A DNA stretch of 63,868 bases, counting the filler, from Nemertoderma westbladi (Eukaryota > Animalia > Xenacoelomorpha), in the NCBI GenBank assembly GCA_032718475.1. It is 3 parts of 3 records of this genome, joined end to end, with 100 filler letters (N's around TTAATTAATTAA, not from the genome) between each part and the next. Parts side by side here need not be neighbours in the genome. Positions count along the whole stretch, not along the records: positions 27,527 to 53,796 come from JAUCBJ010002707.1; 2 more parts are not named here. One strand, 5' to 3'. The position numbers and the translations under genes were made by a program. This document shows positions 34,848-48,271 of this stretch, in pieces. The notes under the pieces are model-generated. The model had not been told where the DNA came from. It saw nothing but the letters and a program-made list of their open reading frames with translations, and did no database searches. How positions within the stretch are numbered: position 1 is the stretch's first letter; every line of letters begins with the position of its first letter.

Positions 34848-37800
34848 ATGCGAATCGCGACCTATAACACAAACTCCGTTCGGACTCTATCAAGTAGATA
34901 CGTGATTTCTGAACTCGCGAAGGCTAACGATATAATTTTATTACAAGAAACTCTCCTTACCAAACAGGACTTGGGGATTCTCGATACGCTATCCATTAAT
35001 CATTACGGGCGAGGCTCCTCTCCTGTTGACTTGGAATCCGATATCCTTATCGGAAGGCCACACGGTGGCCTCGGAGTCCTATGGAATAAAAGCTTCGGTG
35101 ATGATTGTATTGAAATTGTTGATAAATCTGACCCTCGTCTAATGATAATTAAAGTTACTCCGCCTGGTACCGGTGAGGAGTTTTATATAATTAATGCATA
35201 CTTACCTTATGAGTGTGCCGATAACGCTGACGATTATCTCGATTATTTAGCCAAGATAGTTACCATTGCGGAGACTCTAGATAACAATAATGTATGCATA
35301 CTAGGGGATCTCAACGCTCACCCAAGTCGTCCATTTTTTCGTGAGCTCTCTAATACCTGTATGGAGTCAGGTCTCATGATACTGGACACACTCATGTTAC
35401 CCTCGGAATCATTTACCTTCGTTGGAGCAGCCCAAGGATCTACTTCATGGCTGGATCACTGCGTCTGCACCGGGTCGATGAAACATAGAATAACAGATAT
35501 AGTAATAAACTACTCACTAGTATTCGATGACCATTTACCAATGTGTGTTGAAATAAACTGTGAACGTATCATCCCCCTGGACAAACTGGAGCCGTCGATT
35601 CCGATTCCATTTACTCGACCACTCTGGAACTCAGCATCAGCGTTTAAACTCGGCTACTACTCAGCTTCTACCGACACCGAACTGGCTAAAATTATTATAC
35701 CACATGAAGCCCTATCCTGTAGGGACCCATCTTGCAATAATCCAACTCATAAGGGTGAGTTAAACTCGTTATATAATGGAGTTGTGTCTGCTCTACATTC
35801 ATCAGTAACGGGTAATATCCCAGTTAGTATCCCGAAACCTGCCTGTAGTCCAACCCAAACATCTGTTCCTGGGTGGAATGACCAGGTGAGCCACCTCCAT
35901 CGCATGGCCCGCTGTAGTTTCCTCGACTGGCGTGCGAACGGTAGCCCCCGGAACGGCCCACTGTTCCACTTAATGTGCTCAACGAGGGCACAATTTAAAC
36001 GTCAGCTGCGCCTTATTAAACGTACCTCCGAAACAATTCGCTGCGATAAGTTAGCGGAAGGCCTATTGGATAAAAACTGTTATAAGTTCTGGCAAAATGT
36101 CAAGAAGGACAACACGATAAAGTCCCCTCCAGCGACTACAATCGGTGGAGCATCTGGCACTCAGAACATTGCTAACATGTGGGAACTCCATTATCGCACT
36201 ATATTTAATTCGGCAACAACTCCGGTGCCCGCGCCCCCTGCGGCTTCGGTGCCCACCTGGATGCCCCCTGCAGCTTCGGTGCCCACCTGGGTGCCCCCCT
36301 CGACTTCGCTTCCCACCTCGGCGCCCCCTGCGGCTTCGGTGCCCACCTGGGCGCCCCCTGCGGCTTCGGTGCCCACCTGGGCGCCCCCTGCGGCTTCGGT
36401 GCCCACCTGGGCGCCCCCTGCGGCTTCGGTGCCCACCTGGGCGCCCCCTGCGGCTTTGGTGCCCACCTGGGTGCCCCCCTCGACTTCGCTTCCCACCTCG
36501 GCGCCCCCTGCGGCTTCGGTGCCCACCTGGGAGCCCCCTGCGGCTTCGGTGCCCACCTGGGCGCCCCCTGCGGCTTCGGTGCCCACCTGGGCGCCCCCTG
36601 CGGCTTCGGTGCCCACCTGGGCGCCCCCTGCGGATTCAGAACCCACCTGGGCGCCCCCCTCGACTTCGGTGCCCACCGGGACGCCCCCATCGGGTTCAGT
36701 GCCCCCGCCTGCGCCCACTTCGGCTTCGATACCAACCTCAACCTGGGCGAATCCGCTGGGTGCGGTTCCCACCTGGCTGCCCACTTCGACATCGGAGCCC
36801 CCTTCGGTGTCTCCGACGGTTACCACACCATCGCTGGTGCCCCCTACGGTGCCCCCAACGATACCTAATTCCGATCCGCATGTGCACCCTTCAGTACCTC
36901 CACCGATAGCTGAGGCAGTGTACTTAAAAGAGATTCTCTTTTCCGAGGATATGGTAGTTTCGCCAAACGAAATTGCTGAGCTCATTCGGAAGTTGGATAG
37001 AAATAAAGCGTCCGGTCCTGACAACCTAACCGCGGAACATATTTTTTTATGCCAGTAAACGGATTATGGTGCTTTTTTCATTAATTTTTACCGGTTTTAA
37101 TATTCATGGTTTTTTATCTCCTAGTATGATATCGTCTTATATATCACCGGTAATTAAAGATAAAACCGGTGATACTACAGACAAGAGTAATTACCGTCCT
37201 ATTGCGGTTTCAAATATAATATGTAAAATATACGAATTGTTCATTTTAAGGCGAATTGATTGCTTACTGGCTACAACAGATAACCAATTCGGTTTCAAAG
37301 ACAAACTAGGGACTGAACTTTGTGTCTATACGCTAAAAGAGATTATTAATTATTACTTAATTAATGGTTCTAATTTGTATATATCCTTCTTAGATGCTTC
37401 CAAAGCATTCGACAATGTAGATCATTCTAAATTATTTTCTAGATTATTTGAACGTAAAGTACCGTTTTTTATTATTAGGGTTATTATCTTCATGTATTCA
37501 AATCAAACCATGATCGTGCTATGGAACGGTTTTAAATCCTTACCATTCACATGCTCCAATGGAGTCAGACAGGGTAGCCCGCTTAGCCCTAAATTTTTTA
37601 ATTTGTTTATTAATCAACTAAGTATTGATCTTTGTAAATCTGAACTTGGATGTTCCTTAAACGATATGTGCATTAACCATTTAATATATGCTGATGATAT
37701 CTGTATCATTGCCTCTACACCTATTGCTCTACAAGAGCTCATTGACATTTGTAGCAAGTTTGCATCTGCTAACGGTATGAAATTTAATGGTGCTAAATCA

Positions 37801-38367
37801 AAGTGCGTTTTTATGCGCAGTAAGATGCGAAAACATTTTGATTTCGCGTCGATAATCTTGGACGGAAAACCACTTAAAGTCGTGGAGAGCTTTAAGTATT
37901 TAGGACATATTATATCAAGTGATTTTTCTGATGACCTCGATATTGGTGCACAGACGCGTCGTTTTTATGGACGGGCTAACATGTTAATACGTAAGTTTGC
38001 CAATTGCTCGAATCATATCAAGTTACTTCTTTATACTACATATTGCTCAACTATTTATTGTAATGCTCTCTGGTCTAAAATATATTATACGAAATCTGTT
38101 TTTAATAAGTTGCATACCGCCATAAACAAAACAGTCAGAAATTTATTTCGTTTACCTTTATTTAATGTTGAAACTGGTTTGCCTAACAGCGCCAGTGCTA
38201 TGCTTGTTAATCTAGGTATTAAATCACTTATTGAAATACATAGACATGCTCTATGTAGTTTGCATATACGTGTTGATAAATCTATAAACTCAATTATCTC
38301 TACTGTTCGCTTGGTGTGTCGCCCAGTCTCAGTATTATATAGTAACTTCATAACATTATGTAGATAG
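34848..38367 (+). CDS. LINE ORF2 (AP endonuclease + reverse transcriptase), split by a single +1 frameshift in a T7 run at ~37042-37048
   Basis: EN motifs TYN, LQET, GDLN, WLDH, DDHLP. RT motifs [34 protein letters not shown]. Deleting one T gives ...[14 protein letters not shown], fusing ORFs 34848-37058 and 37066-38367. Confidence 0.9.
36228..36720 (+). repeat. In-frame 30-bp minisatellite ([10 protein letters not shown]) inside ORF2
   Basis: GCGCCCCCTGCGGCTTCGGTGCCCACCTGG, ~16 copies, decaying into Pro/Ser/Thr-rich sequence up to ~36910. Confidence 0.95.
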
Positions 38368-39010
38368 TCCAATTACTAATTTAACTTATTTTATTTTACG
38401 TCCTAATTAAATTTTACTATACTATAATACTATGTGCTAAATATTAATATATATCTTATCTTTTACTGTACCATATGGCTGCAATATGCTGAAATAAATA
38501 AAGAAGAATATGTATATTATAACACAAAATTAGTGGTGGCAATGATGTGGTTAGTTACCACTAATATGTTAGATACCACTAATACCATCACTAATACCAT
38601 CACTTACCTTTGGTAATGAAATACGCTATTTTAAGCTATGTTTGGTTAGTTATAGTTATTGTTTTTGTATAGTTTGGTGTGTGTTTAATTTCTTTCCTTC
38701 CAGTGTGAGTCCTTGTGTCAAATCAATATAAATGTATATACGATACTAAATAGGTATAGAGTTTGCTCAATTGTCCTTAAGATCCTTATCTTAAATTGAC
38801 TTCCTTAAACATTTATTTGGTTAATAAATGTTTAAAAGAAATCAATATGTCGTTCACCATCCATCCATTCCGTAATAAAAGCAATTAAAATATGTAAATT
38901 TTGCCTCGATCAAGGTAATGGAACTCATCACGAAAGGGTTGATGATTAATTGATTAATGAATTGTTCATTGGCCAGTTAGGTGTAAAAAATAAAAATTAA
39001 GGAAACTAAA

Positions 39011-40298
39011 CTACTAGAAACGGCATGCTGCATTGCAGCTGCATTTTTAAGAATGCTGTGCCGGCTTGTCGACAAAATTGCGCCGCCACAACTCCCTATC
39101 ACCCATGGCATTTGCTAGATCATTCGCATCTTCATGCCAGTGTTCTTTAAGATGCATCTCATGAAAGTCATGGGCTGTCCACCATGCTTATTCACTCCAT
39201 GAGGCTGCCAAAGTACAAGATTATGCACTGGCTGGTCCTCACGGCGAAAGCAATGTCCTGCAAAGTGGAGGCGACTTTGTTCTAGTGTCAAGCTTGGGGG
39301 AACCAATGAGACATCTCCAATGTTATATAGTCTCTGGATGGGGATGTGTGCATTGTACTTGACACAATGAACTCGGCGTAGCATTCTTGTGAATGTGCCA
39401 TCCAGAGATTTGGTGTCCACAGCAGTTAGAGCCCAGCATGGACTCCCATAGAGGAGTACTGGAACTACTGCTGCTTTAAATAATCGGACCTCAAGTTTCC
39501 GATTAATTCTCTGTGACTTCCAAATCCTGGAAAGCCTATTCTAGGCTGCCCATGCCTTTCCCTTAGATATTCGAAGGTCCTCACCTGACTTCCGGATCCA
39601 TGATCCCAGGTAACAGAATTCGTCCACATGCCCAAGCATACCACCCTTTGAGCTTATGCTCATCCGATCAGAGACTTGCTGAGGACTTTCAAAGTTAACT
39701 GTCAGAATTTTGGTCTTTTTAGAGTTAATAGACCAACACTAGAAGCAGCATGTTCTAATGAGCTGAGGAGCCGTTGGGCTCCCTCTAATGATTCTGATAG
39801 TACTCCTAAGTCATCAGCAAAGTCTAGATCAGTTAGGTACTTGGCAGGATTTCCTCGACTTCTGGAGCCAGTAGGTGGAGTTATCATCACCCCATCATCA
39901 TTATGATGATCTAAGGACATGCGTAGAACATAGTCAACCACAATTATGAACAACAATGGCGCAAGTGTGTCTCCTTGGAGGACTCCCCATAATACTTCAA
40001 ATGGTTATGTGTCACCATCAACAGTAGACACAAATGTTGTCGAACCATCGTATACTGATCTGATTGCTGCAATAATTTCATCAGGAATCCCATATAATGA
40101 AAGTATGCTGAACATAGGTGAGCGAGAGACTGAATCAAAGGCCTTGAAGAAGTCAACAAAGATAACAGCCAGATATGCCTGTCTTTCTTTTTTGATAACT
40201 CTTCAATTATCCTTCTAAGTGCCAAATTTGGCTCCATGGTCCCACGACCGTTACGGAACCCATTATGATTTCCACGGAGCAGTCTGTCAAAGGCATCC
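39011..40298 (-). mobile_element. 5'-truncated RTE LINE, same family as 16028-17482
   Basis: Near-identical peptides (YLTDLDFADDLGVLSESLEGAQRLL, FAGHCFRREDQP), multiple frameshifts, shared 3' end. Confidence 0.9.
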
Positions 40299-40756
40299 CT
40301 TATGCAATTTAAGAAACGCGAAGGAAACTAAAAATCAAATGATGGATCTAGAAAATGCCTGCAATGAATCTCCAGCTGATGCAATAGGTTTCACCGGAGG
40401 AGTACTTCTGCTGGATGTACCATGTAACATTGGAATATAGTTTCGTGCTCGATCCGGTTAATTCAGTGGGGACCTTCTATGATAGAATGTTTGAACCCTG
40501 AATCCCCTGAGACTGACAGGAGATTGACAGTATACTCGTCCCTTAATCACCTGCATCCTCTAGTTAAGTTGCATACTATAGAAATAGGGTGAAATTATGA
40601 TTATTTTGGATTAATTATATACTAGTGTTGTTTTTCTTCGGGAGTTTTAAGCCTACCTACACATACTGTTCAATACATACTTATTGTGTCAGTGTGCATT
40701 TTTAGAATTTCACCTGCATTGTTGCAAAACAGGTCCGTCAGCTCACTTAGTGCACT

Positions 40757-43700
40757 TTAACCTTCAGCACTTACTGCTCTCTAACCTTTTGCACTTGCTG
40801 GTCTATAACTTTCAGCACTTACTGCTCTCTAACCTTCATCCCTTACTGTTCGTTGACTTTCAGCTCTTACTGCTCTCTAATCTTCAGCACTTACTGCTCT
40901 CTAACCTTCATCACGTACTGCTCTCTAACCATCAGCACTTACTGCTCCCTAACCATCAGCACTTACTGCTCTCTAACCATCAGCACTTACTGCTCTCTAA
41001 CCATCAGCACTTACTGCTCTCTAACCATCAGCACTTACTGCTCTATAACCTTCATCACGTACTGCTCTCAAACCATCACCACTTACTGCTCTCTAACCAT
41101 CAGCACTTACTGCTCTCTAACCATCAGCACTTACTGCTCTCTAACCATCAGCACTTACTGCTCTATAACCTTCATCACGTACTGCTCTCTAACCATCAGC
41201 ACTTACTGCTCTCTAACCATCAGCACTTACTGCCCTCTAACCTTCATCACGTACTGCTCTCTAACCATCAGCACTTACTGCTCTCTAACCATCAGCACTT
41301 ACTGCTCTCTAACCTTCATCACTTACTGATCTCTAACCTTCAGCACTTACTGATCTCTAACCTTTAGCACTTACTGGTCTATAGCTTTCAGCACTTACTG
41401 CTCTCTAACCTTTAGCACTTGCTGGTCTATAACTTTCAGCACTTACTGCTCTCTAACCTTCATCCCTTACTGTTCGTTGACTTTCAGCTCTTACTGCTCT
41501 CTAACCTTCATCACTTACTGCTCCCTAACCATCAGCACTTACTGCTCTCTAACCATCAGCACTTACTGCTCTCTAACCATCAGCACTTACTGCTCTCTAA
41601 CCATCAGCACTTACTGCTCTCTAACCATCAGCACTTACTGCTCTCTAACCTTCAGCACTTACTGCTCTCTAACCATCAGCACTTACTGCTCTCTAACCTT
41701 CAGCACTTACTGCTCTCTTACCATCAGCACTTACTGCTCTCTAACCTTCAGCACTTACTGCTCTCTAACCATCAGCACTTACTGCTCTCTAACCATCAGC
41801 ACTTACTGCTCTCTAACCTTCAGCACTTACTGCTCTCTAACCATCAGCACTTACTGCTCCCTAACCATCAGCACTTACTGCTCTCTAACCATCAACACTT
41901 ACTGCTCTCTAACCTTCATCACTTACTGCTCCCTAACCATCAGCACTTACTGCTCTCTAACCATCAGCACTTACTGCTCTCTAACCATCAGCACTTACTG
42001 CTCTCTAACCATCAGCACTTACTGCTCTCTAACCATCAGCACTTACTGCTCTCTAACCTTCAGCACTTACTGCTCTCTAACCATCAGCACTTACTGCTCT
42101 CTAACCTTCAGCACTTACTGCTCTCTTACCATCAGCACTTACTGCTCTCTAACCTTCAGCACTTACTGCTCTCTAACCATCAGCACTTACTGCTCTCTAA
42201 CCATCAGCACTTACTGCTCTCTAACCTTCAGCACTTACTGCTCTCTTACCATCAGCACTTACTGCTCTCTAACCTTCAGCACTTACTGCTCTCTAACCAT
42301 CAGCACTTACTGCTCTCTAACCATCAGCACTTACTGCTCTCTAACCTTCAGCACTTACTGCTCTCTAACCATCAGCACTTACTGCTCCCTAACCATCAGC
42401 ACTTACTGCTCTCTAACCATCAACACTTACTGCTCTCTAACCATCAGCACTTACTGCTATCTAACCATCAGCACTTACTGCTCTATAACCTTCATCACGT
42501 ACTGCTTCTAACCATCAGTACTTACTGCTCTCTAACCATCAGCACTTACTGCTCTCTAACCATCAGCACTCACTGCTCTCTAACCATCAGCACTTACTGC
42601 TCTATAACCTTCATCACGTACTGCTCTCTAACCATCAGCACTTACTGCTCTCTTACCTTCAGCACTTACTGCTCCCTAACCATCATCACTTACTGCTCCA
42701 TAACCATCAGAACGTACTGCTCTCTAACCTTCAGCACTTACTGCTCTCTTACCTTCATCACGTACTGCTCTCTAACCACCAGCACTTACTGCTCTCTAAC
42801 CTTTATCATTTACTACTCCCTAACCATCAGCACTTACTGCTCTCTAACCTTCAGCACTTACTGCTCTCTAACCATCAGCACTTACTGCTCTCTAACCATC
42901 AGCACTTACTGCTCCCTAACCTTCATCACGTACTGCTCTCTAACCATCAGCACTTACTGCTCCCTAACCATCAGCACTTACTGCTCTCTAACCATCAGCA
43001 CTTACTGCTCTCTAACCATCAGCACTTACTGCTCTCTAACCATCAGCACTTACTGCTCTCTAACCATCAGCACTTACTGCTCTCTAACCTTCAGCACTTA
43101 CTGCTCTCTAACCATCAGCACTTACTGCTCTCTAACCATCAGCACTTACTGCTCTCTAACCTTCAGCACTTACTGCTCTCTTACCATCAGCACTTACTGC
43201 TCTCTAACCTTCAGCACTTACTGATCTCTAACCTTCAGCACTTACTGCTCTCTAACCATCAACACTTACTGCTCTCTAACCATCAGCACTTACTGCTATC
43301 TAACCATCAGCACTTACTGCTCTATAACCTTCATCACGTACTGCTTCTAACCATCAGTACTTACTGCTCTCTAACCATCAGCACTTACTGCTCTCTAACC
43401 ATCAGCACTTACTGCTCTCTAACCATCAGCACTTACTGCTCTCTAACCATCAGCACTTACTGCTCCCTAACCATCAGCACTTACTGCTCTCTAACCATCA
43501 GCACTTACTGCTCTCTAACCATCAGCACTTACTGCTCTCTAACCATCAGCACTTACTGCTCTCTAACCATCAGCACTTACTGCTCTCTAACCTTCAGCAC
43601 TTACTGCTCTCTAACCATCAGCACTTACTGCTCTCTAACCATCAGCACTTACTGCTCTCTAACCTTCAGCACTTACTGCTCTCTTACCATCAGCACTTAC

Positions 43701-46700
43701 TGCTCTCTAACCTTCAGCACTTACTGCTCTCTAACCATCAGCACTTACTGCTCTCTAACCATCAGCACTTACTGCTCTCTAACCATCAGCACTTACTGCT
43801 CTCTAACCATCAGCACTTACTGCTCTCTAACCATCAGCACTTACTGCTCTCTAACCATCAGCACTTACTGCTCTCTAACCTTCAGCACTTACTGCTCTCT
43901 AACCATCAGCACTTACTGCTCTCTAACCATCAGCACTTACTGCTCTCTAACCTTCAGCACTTACTGCTCTCTTACCATCAGCACTTACTGCTCTCTAACC
44001 TTCAGCACTTACTGATCTCTAACCTTCAGCACTTACTGCTCTCTAACCATCAACACTTACTGCTCTCTAACCATCAGCACTTACTGCTATCTAACCATCA
44101 GCACTTACTGCTCTATAACCTTCATCACGTACTGCTTCTAACCATCAGTACTTACTGCTCTCTAACCATCAGCACTTACTGCTCTCTAACCATCAGCACT
44201 TACTGCTCTCTAACCATCAGCACTTACTGCTCTCTAACCATCAGCACTTACTGCTCCCTAACCATCAGCACTTACTGCTCTCTAACCATCAGCACTTACT
44301 GCTCTCTAACCATCAGCACTTACTGCTCTCTAACCATCAGCACTTACTGCTCTCTAACCATCAGCACTTACTGCTCTCTAACCTTCAGCACTTACTGCTC
44401 TCTAACCATCAGCACTTACTGCTCTCTAACCATCAGCACTTACTGCTCTCTAACCTTCAGCACTTACTGCTCTCTTACCATCAGCACTTACTGCTCTCTA
44501 ACCTTCAGCACTTACTGCTCTCTAACCATCAGCACTTACTGCTCTCTAACCATCAGCACTTACTGCTCTCTAACCTTCAGCACTTACTGCTCTCTAACCA
44601 TCAGCACTTACTGCTCTCTAACCTTCAGCACTTACTGCTCTCTAAGCTCTAACCATCAGCACTTAGTGCTCTCTAACCTTCAGCAATTACTGCCCTCTAA
44701 CCTTCAGCACTTACTGCTCTCTAACCATCAGCACTTACTGCTCTCTAACCATCAGCACTTACTTCTCTCTAACCTTCATCACGTACTGCTCTCTAACCAT
44801 CAGCACTTACTGCTCCCTAACCTTCATCACGTACTGCTCTCTAACCATCAGCACTTACTGCTCCCTAACCATCAGCACTTACTGCTCTCTAACCATCAGC
44901 ACTTACTGCTCTCTAACCATCAGCACTTACTGCTCTCTAACCATCAGCACTTACTGCTCTCTAACCATCAGCACTTACTGCTCTCTAACCTTCAGCACTT
45001 ACTGCTCTCTAACCATCAGCACTTACTGCTCTCTAACCATCAGCACTTACTGCTCTCTAACCTTCAGCACTTACTGCTCTCTTACCATCAGCACTTACTG
45101 CTCTCTAACCTTCAGCACTTACTGATCTCTAACCTTCAGCACTTACTGCTCTCTAACCATCAACACTTACTGCTCTCTAACCATCAGCACTTACTGCTAT
45201 CTAACCATCAGCACTTACTGCTCTATAACCTTCATCACGTACTGCTTCTAACCATCAGTACTTACTGCTCTCTAACCATCAGCACTTACTGCTCTCTAAC
45301 CATCAGCACTTACTGCTCTCTAACCATCAGCACTTACTGCTCTCTAACCATCAGCACTTACTGCTCCCTAACCATCAGCACTTACTGCTCTCTAACCATC
45401 AGCACTTACTGCTCTCTAACCATCAGCACTTACTGCTCTCTAACCATCAGCACTTACTGCTCTCTAACCATCAGCACTTACTGCTCTCTAACCTTCAGCA
45501 CTTACTGCTCTCTAACCATCAGCACTTACTGCTCTCTAACCATCAGCACTTACTGCTCTCTAACCTTCAGCACTTACTGCTCTCTTACCATCAGCACTTA
45601 CTGCTCTCTAACCTTCAGCACTTACTGCTCTCTAACCATCAGCACTTACTGCTCTCTAACCATCAGCACTTACTGCTCTCTAACCTTCAGCACTTACTGC
45701 TCTCTAACCATCAGCACTTACTGCTCTCTAACCTTCAGCACTTACTGCTCTCTAAGCTCTAACCATCAGCACTTAGTGCTCTCTAACCTTCAGCAATTAC
45801 TGCCCTCTAACCTTCAGCACTTACTGCTCTCTAACCATCAGCACTTACTGCTCTCTAACCATCAGCACTTACTTCTCTCTAACCTTCATCACGTACTGCT
45901 CTCTAACCATCAGCACTTACTGTTCTCTTACCTTCATCACTTACTGATCTCTAACCATCAGCACTTACTGCCCTCTAACCTTCATCACGTACTGCTCTCT
46001 AACCATCAGCACTTACTGCTCCCTAACCATCAGCACTTACTGCTCTCTAACCATCAGCACTTACTGCTCTCTAACCATCAGCACTTACTGCTCTCTTACC
46101 TTCATCACTTACTGATCTCTAACCATCAGCACTTACTGCCCTCTAACCTTCAGCACTTACTGCTCTCTAACCTTCATCATTTACTACTCCCTAACCATCA
46201 GCACTTACTGCTCTCTAACCATCAGCACTTACTGCTCTCTTACCTTCATCACTTACTGATCTCTAACCATCAGAACTTACTGCTCCCTAACCATCAGCAC
46301 TTACTGCTCTCTAACCTTCATCATTTACTACTCCCTAACCATCAGCACTTACTGCTCTCTTACCTTCATCACTTACTGATCTCTAACCATCAGCACTTAC
46401 TGCTCTGTAACCATCAGCACTTACTGCTCTCTAACCTTCATCACGTACTGCTCTCTATCCATCAGCACTTACTGCTCTCTTACCCTCATCACTTTCTGAT
46501 CTCTAACCATCAGCACTTACTGCCCTCTAACCTTCATCACGTACTGCTCTCTAACCATCAGCACTTACTGCTCCCTAACCATCAGCACTTACTGCTCTCT
46601 AACCACCAGCACTTACTGCTCTCTAACCGTCATCACGTACTGCTCTTTAACCATCACCACTTACTGCTCCCTAACCATCAGCACTTACTGCCCTCTAACC

Positions 46701-48014
46701 TTCAGCACTTACTGCTCTCTAACCATCAGCACTTACTGCTCCCTAACCATCAGCACTTACTGCCCTCTAACCTTCAGCACTTAATGCTCTCTAACCATCA
46801 GCACTTACTGCTCCCTAACCATCAGCATTTACTGCTCTCTTACCTTCATCACTTACTGCTCTCTAACCATCAGCACTTACTGCCCTCTAACCTTCAGCAC
46901 TTACTGCTCTCTAACCATCAGCACTTAATGCTCCCTAACCATCAACACTTACTGCTCTCTAACCATCAGCACTTACTGCTCTCTAACCATCAGCACTTAC
47001 TGCTCTCTAACCATCAGCACTTACTGCTCTCTAACCTTCAGCACTTACTGCTCTCTAACCATCAGCACTTACTGCTCTCTAACCTTCAGCACTTACTGCT
47101 CTCTAACCATCAGCACTTACTGCTCTCTAATCATCACAACTTACTGCTCCCTAACCATCAGCACTTACTGCTCTCTAACCTTCAGCACTTACTGCTCTCT
47201 AACATTCATCACTTACTGCTCCCTAACCATCAGCACTTACTGCCCTCTTACCTTCATCACGTACTGCTCTCTAACCATCACCACTTACTGTTCTCTAACC
47301 ATCAGCACTTACTGCTCTCTAACCATCAGCACTTACTGCCCTCTTATCTTCATCACTTAATGCTCTGTAACCATCACCACTTACTGATATCTAACCATCA
47401 CCACTTACTGCTCTCTAACCTTCATCACTTACTGCTCACTAACCTTCATCACTTACTGCTCACTAACCTTCACCACTTACTGCTCTCTAACCATCACCAC
47501 TTACTGCTCTCTAACCATCACCACTTACTGCTCTCTAACCTCATCACTTACTGCTCTTTAACCATCAGCACTTACTGCTCCCTAACCATCAGCACTTACT
47601 GCTCTCTAACCATCAGCACTTACTGCCCTCTTATCTTCATCACTTAATGCTCTGTAACCATCACCACTTACTGATATCTAACCATCACCACTTACTGCTC
47701 TCTAACCTTCATCACTTACTGCTCACTAACCTTCATCACTTACTGCTCACTAACCTTCACAACTTACTGCTCTCTAACCATCACCACTTACTGCTCTCTA
47801 ACCTTCATCACTTACTGCTCTTTAACCATCAGCACTTATTGCTCCCTAACCATCAGCACTTACTGCTCTCTAACCTTCAGCACTTACTGCTCTCTAACCA
47901 TCAGCACTTACTGCTCCCTAACCATCAGAACTTACTGCTCACTAACCTTCATCACTTACTGCCCTCTAACCTTCAGCACTTACTGGTCTCTAACCATCAG
48001 CACTTACTGCTCTA
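40757..48014. repeat. Satellite array, 24-bp unit CAGCACTTACTGCTCTCTAACCAT, ~300 copies with higher-order duplications
   Basis: Directly visible. It generates the (NHQHLLLS)n and (TISTYCSL)n pseudo-ORFs. Confidence 0.97.
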
Positions 48015-48159
48015 TCAATCATGACAGTCATGTTTGTTTTGTAAATTATAATGAAAATATGTGTTGCATGATATCATTTTGAATATACATGCGTCAATTA
48101 AAAAACAAATTTGGACCAACCCTATTAACTAAATATAATTATGCCACTGTAACTATGAT

Positions 48160-48271
48160 TCCTCGGCCGTTAGACCGGGGCTTACTCACAAAGTCTTAAG
48201 CAATCCCCCAGAACTATACTCCCCAAAGGAAACTAGTAATCATTTAGCTACCATTTAAGGATTCAGGGCAG
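48160..48271 (-). mobile_element. Partial copy of the SINE at 9815-10066
   Basis: Shares cggccg.tag.cc.ggg, cccccagaact.tactcccca.aggaaact and tcatttagctacca. Confidence 0.7.

Larger units (their letters stand above)
33600..38510 (+). mobile_element. Near full-length two-ORF non-LTR retrotransposon (APE + RT; Proto2/RTEX-like, clade tentative)
   Basis: ORF1 and ORF2 are separated by 3 bp. The 3' UTR ends in GAAATAAATAAAGAAGAA. The 5' boundary is approximate and no TSD was found. Lies downstream of the receptor exon. Confidence 0.85.

Noticed and set aside
36145-37024. Alternative-frame and antisense ORFs of 195-277 aa
   Set aside because: By-products of the GC-rich 30-bp repeat inside ORF2.
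40300-40560. Candidate exon 2 of the first receptor gene (also checked acceptors near 38703 and 48896)
   Set aside because: No frame gave the expected ectodomain continuation (hydrophobic strand with Cys, then helix). The frames checked hit early stops.
40684-48024. His/Leu-rich ORFs up to 993 aa
   Set aside because: They arise from the 24-bp satellite. Frames switch at indel variants, and there is no unique domain or splice context.
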